NCBI GenBank assembly: GCA_001603955.1
Contig: LVAA01000062.1
Coordinates: 8-64,007, forward strand
Source of the DNA: Syntrophobacterales bacterium Delta_02
Lineage (GTDB): Bacteria > Desulfobacterota > Syntrophorhabdia > Syntrophorhabdales > Syntrophorhabdaceae
DNA: 64,000 nucleotides
Reading direction: 5' to 3'
How positions within the stretch are numbered: the stretch's first letter is position 1; each line of letters begins with the position of its first letter. The position numbers and the translations under genes were made by a program. The notes below the pieces were generated by a model. It did not search any database. It was not told the DNA's origin and worked only from the letters and a program-made list of their open reading frames with translations. Positions 45,963 to 55,284 of the stretch are shown here, one piece after another.

Positions 45963-47822
45963 ATGCCAGAAAGGGAAAATGACAAAGAAAAGCTCCTCGC
46001 CGAGATCGACGGGCTCAGAAAACGCATTGGCGAGCTTGAAACGACTCAGGCCGAGTTCAGGCAGGTCGAAGCGACACTGCGCAAGACGGAGGAGAAGTAT
46101 CGCAGCATCTTCGAGGATGCCATAGAAGGCATCTTTCAGACGAGCGTCGAAGGACGTTTTCTGAGCGCCAACCCCTCTCTCGCCCGTGTCCACGGGTATG
46201 ATTCCCCCCAGGATCTGATCGACTCCGTCACGAACATTTCGAGACAACTCTACGTCGATCCCGAAGACCGCGCCCGAACCATGGAAAAAATGGACCGGGA
46301 AGGATCGGTAAGGAACTTCGAAACGCAGATGTACAGCAAGGATGGCAGCATCCACTGGATCTCCATGAACATACGTGCCGTCCGTGACAAGTTTGACACG
46401 GTCCGCTACTACGAAGGCACGATGCTGGATATCACGGAGCGAAAGAAGGCGGAGGCCGCCCTCCAGGAAAGCGAAGAGCGTTACCGCACCGCCATCGAGA
46501 ATTCCAACGACGGTGTGGCCATCATCCAGGGCTATACCCTGCAATACGTGAACAGGCGTTTCGTCGAGATGTTCGAATTCCCCTCTACCGAAGAGGTTAC
46601 AGGCAAGTCGGTCCTTTCCACCATCCATCCCGACGATCTCTCGAGGGTGAAAGACATCAATCAGCGGCGCCAGCGGGGAGAGACGGTTCCTTCGCGATAC
46701 GAGTTCAAGGGCATAACCGGGAAGGGCAAGACGATCCATGTCGAGGTCTCCGCCGCCACCATCCCCTACCGCAACGCAACGGTCTATCTCGTTTATCTCA
46801 GGGACGTCACGGAGCGCAAGGAGGCCGAGGAGGCCCTCATCCAGTCCCGCAACGCCCTGGAAAGTCTCAACCGCGCCAAGACGAAGGCGGTCAATCACAT
46901 CTCTCACGAGCTCAAGACGCCGTTGTCCGTCATCCAGGGGAGCATGAGGCTCATACGACGAAAGCTCGAGCCCACACCCCACTACGGGACCATACGGGAA
47001 CTGGTCGATTCCATCGAGCGCAACCTTCAGAGACTTCTCGGCATCTCCCGTGAAACAGACCAGATATTCAGGCTTTCCCAGGAACTCGAAGCGGTCATGC
47101 TCGTGGGCGATCTCGACAGGCTGTGGCAAAGGATGGAGAGCCTCTCCGAGGTGCCCTCCGACGTGCGCGGTCACTGGAACGCCCTGAGGGGATGGATCGA
47201 CCAGTACTTCGCGGCAAGCACGCAGTTTTTCCAGTCCATCGACCTTTATACCTTCGTCGTTTCCATCGTGGAGCGCATGAAGAGCCGGTTGCCCGGCCGC
47301 AGCCTCGACATCAGGGTGGACGGAGAGAACGACCTCTTCATCTCCATGGATCCAAAGGTCCTTCGCGACATCGCGGAAGGCCTCATCAAGAACGCCATCG
47401 AGAACACGCCTGACGGCGGCGTCATAAAGATAGGGCTCGAGCAGAAGGACGACCGGATCGTATTGAGCGTCACGGACACAGGTGTCGGCATCACCGAAGA
47501 GAACAAGCGCTACCTCCTCGATGGTCTCCACCACGCGAAGGAGACGGACCTCTATTCTTCAAAGAAACCGCTGGAGTTCGGAGCGGGGGGAAAGGGGCTC
47601 GACCTCTTGAGGATCAAGTATTACTCCCTCCGGTTCGGCTTCGACATCTCCTTCGAGAGCAACCGTTGCACGCACATCCCCACGGACCACGACCTCTGCC
47701 CGGGAAACATCAGCGAATGCGCCGCCATCAAGGGCAAAGATGAATGTCTCGCCTCGGGCGGGACGACCTTCAGCGTCTCCTTCCCCGTCGGGAAACGATC
47801 CGGTTCCATCGATGAAGCGTGA
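45963..47822 (+). CDS. PAS-domain sensor histidine kinase
   Basis: 619 aa. N-terminal coiled coil, two PAS segments (YRSIFEDAIEGIFQTS...), H-box HISHELKTPLSV, ATPase domain with a Cys-rich insert. Confidence 0.85.
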   Translation: MPERENDKEKLLAEIDGLRKRIGELETTQAEFRQVEATLRKTEEKYRSIFEDAIEGIFQTSVEGRFLSANPSLARVHGYDSPQDLIDSVTNISRQLYVDPEDRARTMEKMDREGSVRNFETQMYSKDGSIHWISMNIRAVRDKFDTVRYYEGTMLDITERKKAEAALQESEERYRTAIENSNDGVAIIQGYTLQYVNRRFVEMFEFPSTEEVTGKSVLSTIHPDDLSRVKDINQRRQRGETVPSRYEFKGITGKGKTIHVEVSAATIPYRNATVYLVYLRDVTERKEAEEALIQSRNALESLNRAKTKAVNHISHELKTPLSVIQGSMRLIRRKLEPTPHYGTIRELVDSIERNLQRLLGISRETDQIFRLSQELEAVMLVGDLDRLWQRMESLSEVPSDVRGHWNALRGWIDQYFAASTQFFQSIDLYTFVVSIVERMKSRLPGRSLDIRVDGENDLFISMDPKVLRDIAEGLIKNAIENTPDGGVIKIGLEQKDDRIVLSVTDTGVGITEENKRYLLDGLHHAKETDLYSSKKPLEFGAGGKGLDLLRIKYYSLRFGFDISFESNRCTHIPTDHDLCPGNISECAAIKGKDECLASGGTTFSVSFPVGKRSGSIDEA

Positions 47823-49215
47823 CCTCGTCCCCTCTTCCCGTGACGGACGCACCGTGAGCGTCACCGTGACCGACATTGCCATGCCGGGCGACGCGGGAGT
47901 GGCCAAGGCCGGTGATTTTGTGGTCTTCGTTCCCGGCACCATTCCCGGCGACAGGGTGGTCATACGCATCGTGAAAAGGGAGAGGCGCTACGGCTACGGC
48001 GAGGTTGTCGCCATCGAGGAACCCTCGCCCTTGCGCGTTGAACCCGCGTGCCCTCATTTCGGCGCCTGCGGGGGCTGTACCATCCAATCCATGGACTATG
48101 CCAGGCAGCTCGAGATGAAGGCCTCCCACCTCAGGGAATCCCTGAAAAGGATCGGCCGCCTTAACATCGCTGAAGACCGGTTCGAGAAGATCACCCCCTC
48201 TCCGCGGGCGTATCTCTACCGCAGCAAGATAGAACTGACCTTCGGCTACGACGGGAACGGCGTCATCGCCGGGATGCGTGAGAGCGCGGGAGCCGGCGGT
48301 TTCGCCCGTTCCGGCGTCCTGCCCGTGCCCGAGTGCAGGATCTTCTGCGACGGCCTGAGGCAGATACTCGCCGTGATCGAAGACCACGTACACGGAGAAG
48401 GCCTTTTTCCCTATGACGAACGAACGAAAAAGGGGACGCTGCGTCATCTCGTCCTCAAAGAGTCAAAGGCAACGGGACATGTCATGGTCATCGTCGAAAC
48501 GAAAGGTGCCCAGGAGCACCGATTGGGTGAGCTCTACCGGCGGCTGAGCGAAGAGGTTCCTCACGTGACAAGCCTCTGGAGGGCCGTCAACGACCGCCCC
48601 GGGTCCTATATCGATTATAGCCGTCTTCGCCATGAGGGCGGCGGGCGATATATCGAGGAATCCCTGGCGGGACTCACATTGCGCGTCTATCCCGCATCTT
48701 TCTTCCAGCCAAACCCGGCAGGGGCGACCCTGATCTACGAGAGGGTGGGACGCATTGCCGCGGAACTGAAAGCGGGGAACGTCCTCGGCCTTTACTGCGG
48801 CATGGCCCCCATGGAGCTTTTACTGTCGCGCCACTCGCAAAACGTTGTCGGCGTCGATTCCTCGAGGGCGAACATCGAGAATGCCCGCGAGAACGCACTG
48901 CTCAACGGCATCGGCAATTGCTCCTTCCTTGCGGGAAGGGTCGAGGATATCGTCACGGACAGGGGTTTCGGCAAGCCCGACATGGTGGTCATAGACCCGC
49001 CGAGGAGCGGCGTCAGCCCCCGCGGCACGGACCTCATCATCAGCCTCGCGCCGAAGGCCCTCATATACGTTTCCTGCAACCCTGCCACCCTCGCCCGGGA
49101 CCTCGGGCGTTTCGCCGCGGCAGGCTACGCGGTCGAACTCGTGGCCCCCTTCGACCTGTTCCCCCACACCTCCCACCTGGAAACGCTGACGGTCCTCAGG
49201 AAGAGGAGAAGATGA
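47812..49215 (+). CDS. RumA/RlmD-type 23S rRNA (uracil-C5)-methyltransferase with TRAM domain
   Basis: ORF 47740..49215. The ATG at 47812 overlaps the kinase stop. TRAM-like N-terminus, Fe-S Cys motif CPHFGACGGC, MTase motifs VIDPPRSG and YVSCNPATLARD. Confidence 0.85.
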   Translation: MKRDLVPSSRDGRTVSVTVTDIAMPGDAGVAKAGDFVVFVPGTIPGDRVVIRIVKRERRYGYGEVVAIEEPSPLRVEPACPHFGACGGCTIQSMDYARQLEMKASHLRESLKRIGRLNIAEDRFEKITPSPRAYLYRSKIELTFGYDGNGVIAGMRESAGAGGFARSGVLPVPECRIFCDGLRQILAVIEDHVHGEGLFPYDERTKKGTLRHLVLKESKATGHVMVIVETKGAQEHRLGELYRRLSEEVPHVTSLWRAVNDRPGSYIDYSRLRHEGGGRYIEESLAGLTLRVYPASFFQPNPAGATLIYERVGRIAAELKAGNVLGLYCGMAPMELLLSRHSQNVVGVDSSRANIENARENALLNGIGNCSFLAGRVEDIVTDRGFGKPDMVVIDPPRSGVSPRGTDLIISLAPKALIYVSCNPATLARDLGRFAAAGYAVELVAPFDLFPHTSHLETLTVLRKRRR

Positions 49216-49553
49216 AAAGAGAAAAGATGGACAAAAAAGCCGAGGCTCACGAACCCCCCGAACGCTTCGAGACGACCCGGCACTACATCTCGGCACTCCT
49301 CGAGGAAGGGACATACACATCGAAAGAGCTGTCGAGCATCGTCAAGATACCGGAGAGGGACATCTGCGACCACCTGGAACACCTGCAGCGCTCCCTGAGC
49401 AAGGGTGACAGGCGCCTCACCGTGATCTGTGCCTCCTGCAAGCACTGCGGGTTCGTCTTCAAGAAGCGCGACCGCCTCACAAAACCCGGCAAATGCCCCT
49501 CCTGCCGCTCCATCCACATCCAGCCACCGGTGTTTCATATAGAACAGTTTTAA
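49212..49553 (+). CDS. Small HTH plus zinc-ribbon regulator-like protein
   Basis: 113-aa C-terminal part of ORF 48918..49553. The ATG at 49212 overlaps the upstream stop (ATGA). CASCKHCGF...CPSCRS zinc-ribbon. Confidence 0.6.
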   Translation: MKREKMDKKAEAHEPPERFETTRHYISALLEEGTYTSKELSSIVKIPERDICDHLEHLQRSLSKGDRRLTVICASCKHCGFVFKKRDRLTKPGKCPSCRSIHIQPPVFHIEQF

Positions 49554-49657
49554 GTGTTAAGTTTTAAGTGAAATACCCTGCGAGGCAGAAGACGTTCGGT
49601 GCAGACTCTCACCGCCGGGCATTCAACACTTAAAACTTAACACTTAAAACTTAAAAC
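49547..49657. repeat. Composite hairpin element, GTTTTAA/GTGTTAA heptad class
   Basis: Left arm GTTTTAAGTGTTAAGTTTTAAGTG (49547-49570). Right arm CACTTAAAACTTAACACTTAAAACTTAAAAC (49627-49657), its reverse complement plus one extra unit. The first unit supplies the stop TAA at 49551-49553. Confidence 0.85.
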
Positions 49658-49716
49658 GGTAACTTCTCATCATTATTGCAATTACCAAGCTTTTCTGTTA
49701 TATATTTCGATTGCCT

Positions 49717-50778
49717 ATGCGTGATACCGTGGTCAGGGTGTGGAATGGTGAAGCGAGAGTGGCACGGTGGTTCCTTTACATACCCCTTGCTTTTCTGTCC
49801 TACCTGTACCAGATAGCACTCATGGCAAGAGAGTATATGTTCAGGACGGGGATCATGACGACACAGAGTGCCCCCATACCGGTTGTCAGCGTGGGGAACA
49901 TCACCCTTGGAGGGACGGGGAAAACGCCTGTCGTCGAAAGGCTCTGCCGCAGGTTCAAGGACGCGGGCTTTAACCCGGGGATCATAACACGGGGATACAT
50001 GAGGAAGAGGAACGGGACATTCGCCGTGGACGTGAGGAACGACTCGGCCGAGACCGCCGGAGACGAGGCATACATGCTTGCCAGGAGAACCCGGATACCC
50101 GTCATCGTGGGCAAGAACCGCCTGCAGGCGATCGAACGGGGGATCGAAGAGAAGAACATCGATATGGCCGTTCTCGACGATGGTTTCCAGGTGCGGGACC
50201 TGAGAAAGGATGTGGACATTCTCATACTCAACGGACGGGAATCGTTGAGCAGGCAGGAACTCTTTCCCCTCGGGCCCTACCGTGAACCGGTCTCCCGCGT
50301 GCGCGAATCCGACACCATACTTGTGAGCAAATCGGAACCGGACAGCGCCACTGTCTATTTCACGAGGGGCATCCCCCGGTTCCAGGTGAGATACGAACCC
50401 GTCCATCTTTACAACGTAAAGAAGAACGCCATAGCCCATTACCGATTCCTCAGGAACAAGAAGGTCCTCGCCTTCAGCGGGCTTGGCGACAACCAGTCTT
50501 TCTTTCAGCTTTTGAGGCAGATAGGCGCCGATGTAGTCCGGGAGATGCCCTTTCCCGACCATCACAGGTATTCAACGGGGGATCTCGGGAGGATGCAGTC
50601 GGCGGACAGTGTCCAGTGTATCGTCACCACGGAAAAGGATGCCGTGAAGCTTATGGGGATGGAGGTTCCCGACAACCTCTTCTACCTCTCCATCGAGGCG
50701 CGGATAGACGATGAAGATACACTGATGGAACTCCTGCTCAAGAAGCTCGGGACCCGTTCCCCGGACCGCCTCGCCTAA
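49717..50778 (+). CDS. lpxK: Tetraacyldisaccharide 4'-kinase
   Basis: ORF 49711..50778 (TTG), with an ATG at 49717. P-loop GNITLGGTGKTP. Confidence 0.85.
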   Translation: MRDTVVRVWNGEARVARWFLYIPLAFLSYLYQIALMAREYMFRTGIMTTQSAPIPVVSVGNITLGGTGKTPVVERLCRRFKDAGFNPGIITRGYMRKRNGTFAVDVRNDSAETAGDEAYMLARRTRIPVIVGKNRLQAIERGIEEKNIDMAVLDDGFQVRDLRKDVDILILNGRESLSRQELFPLGPYREPVSRVRESDTILVSKSEPDSATVYFTRGIPRFQVRYEPVHLYNVKKNAIAHYRFLRNKKVLAFSGLGDNQSFFQLLRQIGADVVREMPFPDHHRYSTGDLGRMQSADSVQCIVTTEKDAVKLMGMEVPDNLFYLSIEARIDDEDTLMELLLKKLGTRSPDRLA

Positions 50779-50906
50779 AGAGGAGATGAAGCGGGTCGGG
50801 GAAGAAAGCTCAAAGAACGATCTCACACCTCGACCCTGCAGACACAACAGATAGCAGCGCCTCCCGCCATGGGGCGGGACGGAAAATACGACAAGGAGGA
50901 GAGAGC

Positions 50907-52427
50907 ATGTCAGAACAGGTATTCATTTTCGACACGACATTGCGCGACGGCGAGCAATCGCCCGGCAATACCATGAACACTCAAGAAAAGCTCAGGGTGG
51001 CACGGCAGCTCGAGCTCCTCGGCGTTGACATCATAGAAGCCGGCTTTCCCATCGCCTCCGAGGGCGATTTCGATGCCGTCAAGCAGATAGCGAAACTCGT
51101 GAAGAACTGCCAGATCGCCGGGCTCGCCCGCGCCAATGACGAGGACATAGACCGGGCGTGGAAGGCGATAAAGATCGCGGCCCACCCCCGTATCCACACC
51201 TTCATCTCCACGTCGGACATCCACCTCAAGCACCAGTTCAGAAAGACGCGCGACGAGGTGCTCGAGATCGCGGTGGCCGCCGTGAAGAGGGCGAAGAAAT
51301 ACACCGACAACGTCGAGTTCTCCGCGATGGATGCGACGAGGAGCGATTGGGATTACCTGTGCAAGGTGCTCGCCGAGGTCATCGAGGCCGGGGCGACAAC
51401 GGTCAACATACCCGACACCGTCGGCTATGCCGTCCCCCACGAGTTCGGCGAGCTCATCGCCTACATCAGGAAGAACGTCCCCAACATAGACAGGGCGGTC
51501 ATCAGCGTCCATTGTCACAATGACCTCGGCCTTGCCACGGCCAACTCCATCGCCGCCATCCACAACGGCGCGCGTCAGGTGGAATGCACGATAAACGGCA
51601 TCGGTGAGAGGGCGGGGAATGCCTCTCTCGAAGAGATAGCCATGACCCTGAGGACGAGGAAGGCGAGCTTCACCGCCGACACCCGCATCGTCTCCGAGAA
51701 GATATACCCGACAAGCAGGCTCATAACCTCCATCACCGGCGTGCCCGTGCAGCCCAACAAGGCCATCGTGGGCGCCAACGCCTTCGCTCACGAGTCGGGC
51801 ATCCACCAGGACGGCCTCCTGAAGGCGAAGCTCACCTACGAGATCATGACCCCGGAATCAGTAGGCATCCCCAAGAGCTCTCTCGTCCTCGGAAAGCACT
51901 CCGGCAGGCACGCTTTCAGGGACCGCATCGAGAACCTGGGGTACATCCTCGACGACAAGGAACTGAACCTTGCCTTCAAGCGCTTCAAGGCGCTCTCGGA
52001 CATGAAGAAGAACGTCTACGATGAAGACATCGAGATGATCATCATGGACGAGATATACAAGACGGCTGAGAGGGCGAAGCTCGTGTATCTCAACGTGAGC
52101 TGCGGGAACACGACGATACCGACGGCCACGGTGAAGATGGAGATAGACGGGAATACCGTCCAGGACGTGGGCACCGGCGACGGTCCCGTCCACGCCGCCT
52201 TCAAGGTCATCAAGAGGCTCGTCAAGACGACAAGCAAGCTCGAGAAATTCTCCGTGAACTCCATCACGCAGGACATGGATGCCCAGGGCGAGGTCTTTGT
52301 CAAGCTCTCCGACAAGGGACTCAAGGCCATAGGGAAAGGAGCGGACACGGACATCATCGTCGCCAGCGCAAAGGCATATATAAACGCGCTGAACAGGCTG
52401 GAATACATGAAAACAAAGAGATCCTGA
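50907..52427 (+). CDS. leuA: 2-isopropylmalate synthase (LeuA/CimA family)
   Basis: 506 aa. [22 protein letters not shown], and a C-terminal LeuA regulatory domain. Strong AAGGAGG SD. Confidence 0.9.
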   Translation: MSEQVFIFDTTLRDGEQSPGNTMNTQEKLRVARQLELLGVDIIEAGFPIASEGDFDAVKQIAKLVKNCQIAGLARANDEDIDRAWKAIKIAAHPRIHTFISTSDIHLKHQFRKTRDEVLEIAVAAVKRAKKYTDNVEFSAMDATRSDWDYLCKVLAEVIEAGATTVNIPDTVGYAVPHEFGELIAYIRKNVPNIDRAVISVHCHNDLGLATANSIAAIHNGARQVECTINGIGERAGNASLEEIAMTLRTRKASFTADTRIVSEKIYPTSRLITSITGVPVQPNKAIVGANAFAHESGIHQDGLLKAKLTYEIMTPESVGIPKSSLVLGKHSGRHAFRDRIENLGYILDDKELNLAFKRFKALSDMKKNVYDEDIEMIIMDEIYKTAERAKLVYLNVSCGNTTIPTATVKMEIDGNTVQDVGTGDGPVHAAFKVIKRLVKTTSKLEKFSVNSITQDMDAQGEVFVKLSDKGLKAIGKGADTDIIVASAKAYINALNRLEYMKTKRS

Positions 52428-52438
52428 GAGGAAACGAT

Positions 52439-53701
52439 ATGGGAATGACCATTACGGAAAAGATACTGGCAGCGCACGCGGACAAGGACCGGGTCGAACC
52501 CGGGGAGATCGTGGATTGCAGGATAGACCTCGCCATGGCGAACGACATCACGGCGCCCCTCTCCCTCGAGGAATTCGAGAAGGTCGGGGCGAAGGACGTC
52601 TTCGACCCCAACAAGGTCGTCTTCGTCCTTGACCATTTTACACCCAACAAGGATATACTCTCTGCCGAGAATTGCAAGAGGATACGGGAATTCTCGCGGA
52701 AGTACGGGATCGTCAACTTCTTCGAGGGCGGCGAATGCGGCATAGAACACGCCCTGCTGCCCGAGAAGGGGCTCGTGGTGGCGGGCGACCTCGTCATCGG
52801 TGCTGACAGCCACACCTGTACCTACGGGGCCCTGGGAGCCTTCTCCACGGGCATGGGCTCGACGGATGTGACCTACGGCATGGTGACGGGACGCACCTGG
52901 CTGAAGGTCCCTGAGAGCATCAAGTTCCATTGCTACGGGAAATGGCAGAAATGGGTGACGGGAAAGGAACTCATCCTTCACATCCTGGGCATGATCGGGG
53001 TTGACGGGGCGCTTTACAGTGCCATGGAATACGGCGGTGAGGCAATAGCCGCCCTGTCCATGGATTCGCGCTTCTCCATCGCCAACATGGCCATCGAGGC
53101 CGGGGGGAAGAACGGCATATTCCCTGTCGACGACAAGACAATAGCCTACATGAAGGAACACGCCACGCGGCCCTACAAGGTCTACGCGAGCGACAGCGAT
53201 GCGAAATACAGCCAGGTGCATGAGATCGACGCCTCGAAGGTCGGCTTCGGTGTCGCATGCCCCTCGCTTCCATCAAACGTGCGAGACGCGGGGGAACTGG
53301 GCGACATAGACATAGACCAGGTCGTCATCGGTTCCTGCACCAACGGCAGGCTCGAAGACCTGGAGATGGCAGCCGTCATCCTCAGGGGAAAGAAGGTCAG
53401 GAAAGGTCTGAGGTGCATCGTTATCCCCGCAACCCCTGCGATCTACGGCGAGGCCATGCGACGGGGATACTTCCAGACATTCCTCGACGCCGGCTGCATC
53501 ATATCGCCGCCCACCTGCGGCCCCTGCCTCGGAGGCCACATGGGCATACTGGCAAAGGGAGAGAGGGCCGTGGCCACAACGAACAGGAACTTCATCGGAA
53601 GGATGGGGCATCCCGAGAGCGAGGTCTACCTCGCCGGTCCTGCCGTGGCGGCGGCCACCGCCATCAAGGGGAAGATAGTACGCCCTGAGGAGGTAATATG
53701 A
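52439..53701 (+). CDS. leuC: 3-isopropylmalate dehydratase large subunit (short, type II)
   Basis: 420 aa. Aconitase-family Cys motifs including VIGSCTNGR and PPTCGPCLG. Confidence 0.9.
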   Translation: MGMTITEKILAAHADKDRVEPGEIVDCRIDLAMANDITAPLSLEEFEKVGAKDVFDPNKVVFVLDHFTPNKDILSAENCKRIREFSRKYGIVNFFEGGECGIEHALLPEKGLVVAGDLVIGADSHTCTYGALGAFSTGMGSTDVTYGMVTGRTWLKVPESIKFHCYGKWQKWVTGKELILHILGMIGVDGALYSAMEYGGEAIAALSMDSRFSIANMAIEAGGKNGIFPVDDKTIAYMKEHATRPYKVYASDSDAKYSQVHEIDASKVGFGVACPSLPSNVRDAGELGDIDIDQVVIGSCTNGRLEDLEMAAVILRGKKVRKGLRCIVIPATPAIYGEAMRRGYFQTFLDAGCIISPPTCGPCLGGHMGILAKGERAVATTNRNFIGRMGHPESEVYLAGPAVAAATAIKGKIVRPEEVI

Positions 53702-54183
53702 TCGTCAAAGGAAGGATCTGGAAATTCGGCGATAATATCGATACCGATATCATCATACCCGCAAAGTATCTCGCGCACACCGACCCGAAGGTCCTGGGAC
53801 AGCACTGCATGGAACCCCTTGCCCCGGACTTCTCGAAGGAGGTCAGGGCCGGGGACATTATCGTCTCGGGTACCAATTTCGGCTGCGGGTCGTCCCGGGA
53901 GCACGCACCGCTCGCCATTACCGCGCTCGGTATACCCCTTGTCATCGCAAAGACCTTCGCCCGGATATTCTACCGCAACGCCTTCAACAAGGGCCTGGCG
54001 CTCCTGGAAGCGGACATCTGCGATCTCGTGAAGGACGGTGACGAGATCGAGGTCGACATCTCGACGGGCATTATCCGCTGCGGCGAGAGTGAGGTCAAAG
54101 CCAAACCCATCCCCCCCTTCATGGTGGAACTCATCAACGAGGGCGGGTTGATAAACTATCTCAAGAAAAAGCTGGAGGGCTAA
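53698..54183 (+). CDS. leuD: 3-isopropylmalate dehydratase small subunit
   Basis: 161 aa. [13 protein letters not shown] motif. ATGA overlap with leuC. Confidence 0.9.
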   Translation: MIVKGRIWKFGDNIDTDIIIPAKYLAHTDPKVLGQHCMEPLAPDFSKEVRAGDIIVSGTNFGCGSSREHAPLAITALGIPLVIAKTFARIFYRNAFNKGLALLEADICDLVKDGDEIEVDISTGIIRCGESEVKAKPIPPFMVELINEGGLINYLKKKLEG

Positions 54184-55200
54184 ATGAAACAGTACAACGT
54201 AGCAGTCGCCGGAGCCACCGGCGCGGTCGGAAATGAAATGGTAAAAGTCCTCGAGGAACGGAATTTCCCGGTCAAGAACCTGACGCTTCTCGCTTCCTCG
54301 CGGAGCGTGGGCAAGACTATGAGCTTCCATGGCGAAGACGTAAAGGTGCAGGAACTGAAGGAGGACTCCTTCAAGGACATCGATATCGGCCTGTTCTCCC
54401 CCGGCGGATCCGTCAGCCTCAAGTTCGCGCCCATCGCGGCGGCAAGTGGATGTGTCGTCATCGACAACACGAGCGCCTTCAGGATGGAGAAGGACATTCC
54501 CCTCGTCGTGCCCGAGGTCAACGAGCACGCGATCGCTGAGCATACAAAGCGGGGCATCATCTCTAACCCCAACTGCTCCACGATCCAGATGGTCGTCGCC
54601 CTGAAACCGCTCCACGACGCGGCGAAGATCAAGAGGATCGTCGTATCCACCTACCAGGCCGTCTCGGGGACGGGCCAGAAGGCCATCACAGAACTGGAGA
54701 GCCAGGTGCTCGCCATATACAACATGAAAGAAATAGAGAAAAAGGTCTATCCCCACCAGATCGCCTTCAACGTCCTGCCCCATATCGACAGTTTCCTCGA
54801 TACGGGCTACACCAAGGAAGAGATGAAGATGGTCAACGAAACGAAAAAGATCATGGAAGACAAATCCATCAAGGTCACGGCGACAACCGTGAGGGTCCCC
54901 GTCTTCTACGGACATTCAGAGTCGGTGAACATCGAGTTCAAAAGCGAGATGACACCGGAAATGGCACGGCAGCTCCTGAAGAAGGCCCCCGGCATAAAAG
55001 TGGTCGACGACCCGGGAAAGAACATGTACCCCCTCGCCATCGACGCCGCCGGCAAGGACGATACCTACGTGGGGAGGATCCGGGTTGACGATACCGTCAA
55101 GTACGGACTCAACATGTGGATAGTCGCCGACAACATCAGAAAAGGCGCCGCCCTGAACGCCGTCCAGATAGCGGAAGCCCTGGTAAAGAAATACCTGTAA
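54184..55200 (+). CDS. asd: Aspartate-semialdehyde dehydrogenase
   Basis: 338 aa. VAVAGATGAVG NAD motif and active-site SNPNCSTI. The start abuts the leuD stop. Confidence 0.9.
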   Translation: MKQYNVAVAGATGAVGNEMVKVLEERNFPVKNLTLLASSRSVGKTMSFHGEDVKVQELKEDSFKDIDIGLFSPGGSVSLKFAPIAAASGCVVIDNTSAFRMEKDIPLVVPEVNEHAIAEHTKRGIISNPNCSTIQMVVALKPLHDAAKIKRIVVSTYQAVSGTGQKAITELESQVLAIYNMKEIEKKVYPHQIAFNVLPHIDSFLDTGYTKEEMKMVNETKKIMEDKSIKVTATTVRVPVFYGHSESVNIEFKSEMTPEMARQLLKKAPGIKVVDDPGKNMYPLAIDAAGKDDTYVGRIRVDDTVKYGLNMWIVADNIRKGAALNAVQIAEALVKKYL

Positions 55201-55221
55201 CCTTACACACCGGAACTCACG

Positions 55222-55254
55222 AACCCTCCCCCTGAAAGGGAGGGTTTTTTCTTT
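55222..55254 (+). terminator. Rho-independent terminator between convergent asd and the hybrid kinase gene
   Basis: Stem AACCCTCCC / GGGAGGGTT (55222-55230 / 55238-55246), followed by a T-tract. Confidence 0.75.
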
Positions 55255-55284
55255 CACGGCCTGCCCTGAATGCGCTAAAGCCTG

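Noticed and set aside
45837-47534. 565-aa ORF on the minus strand opposite the PAS histidine kinase
   Set aside because: It is fully antisense to a gene with clear H-box and PAS motifs. The product is Asp/Gly/Val/His/Arg/Leu-rich with no recognisable domain. It is typical of stop-poor antisense frames in GC-rich, codon-biased genes.
50840-50906. Hairpin CCCGCC-ATGG-GGCGGG upstream of leuA as a leucine attenuator
   Set aside because: No leader peptide with Leu codons and no U-tract were found. It may simply be a weak lpxK-distal structure.
53626-54915. 429-aa minus-strand ORF, plus 52016..53221 (401 aa) and 50910..51806 (298 aa)
   Set aside because: All are antisense to leuD/asd, leuA/leuC and leuA, which have textbook motifs. 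The products are low-complexity and rich in D/G/H/V/R.
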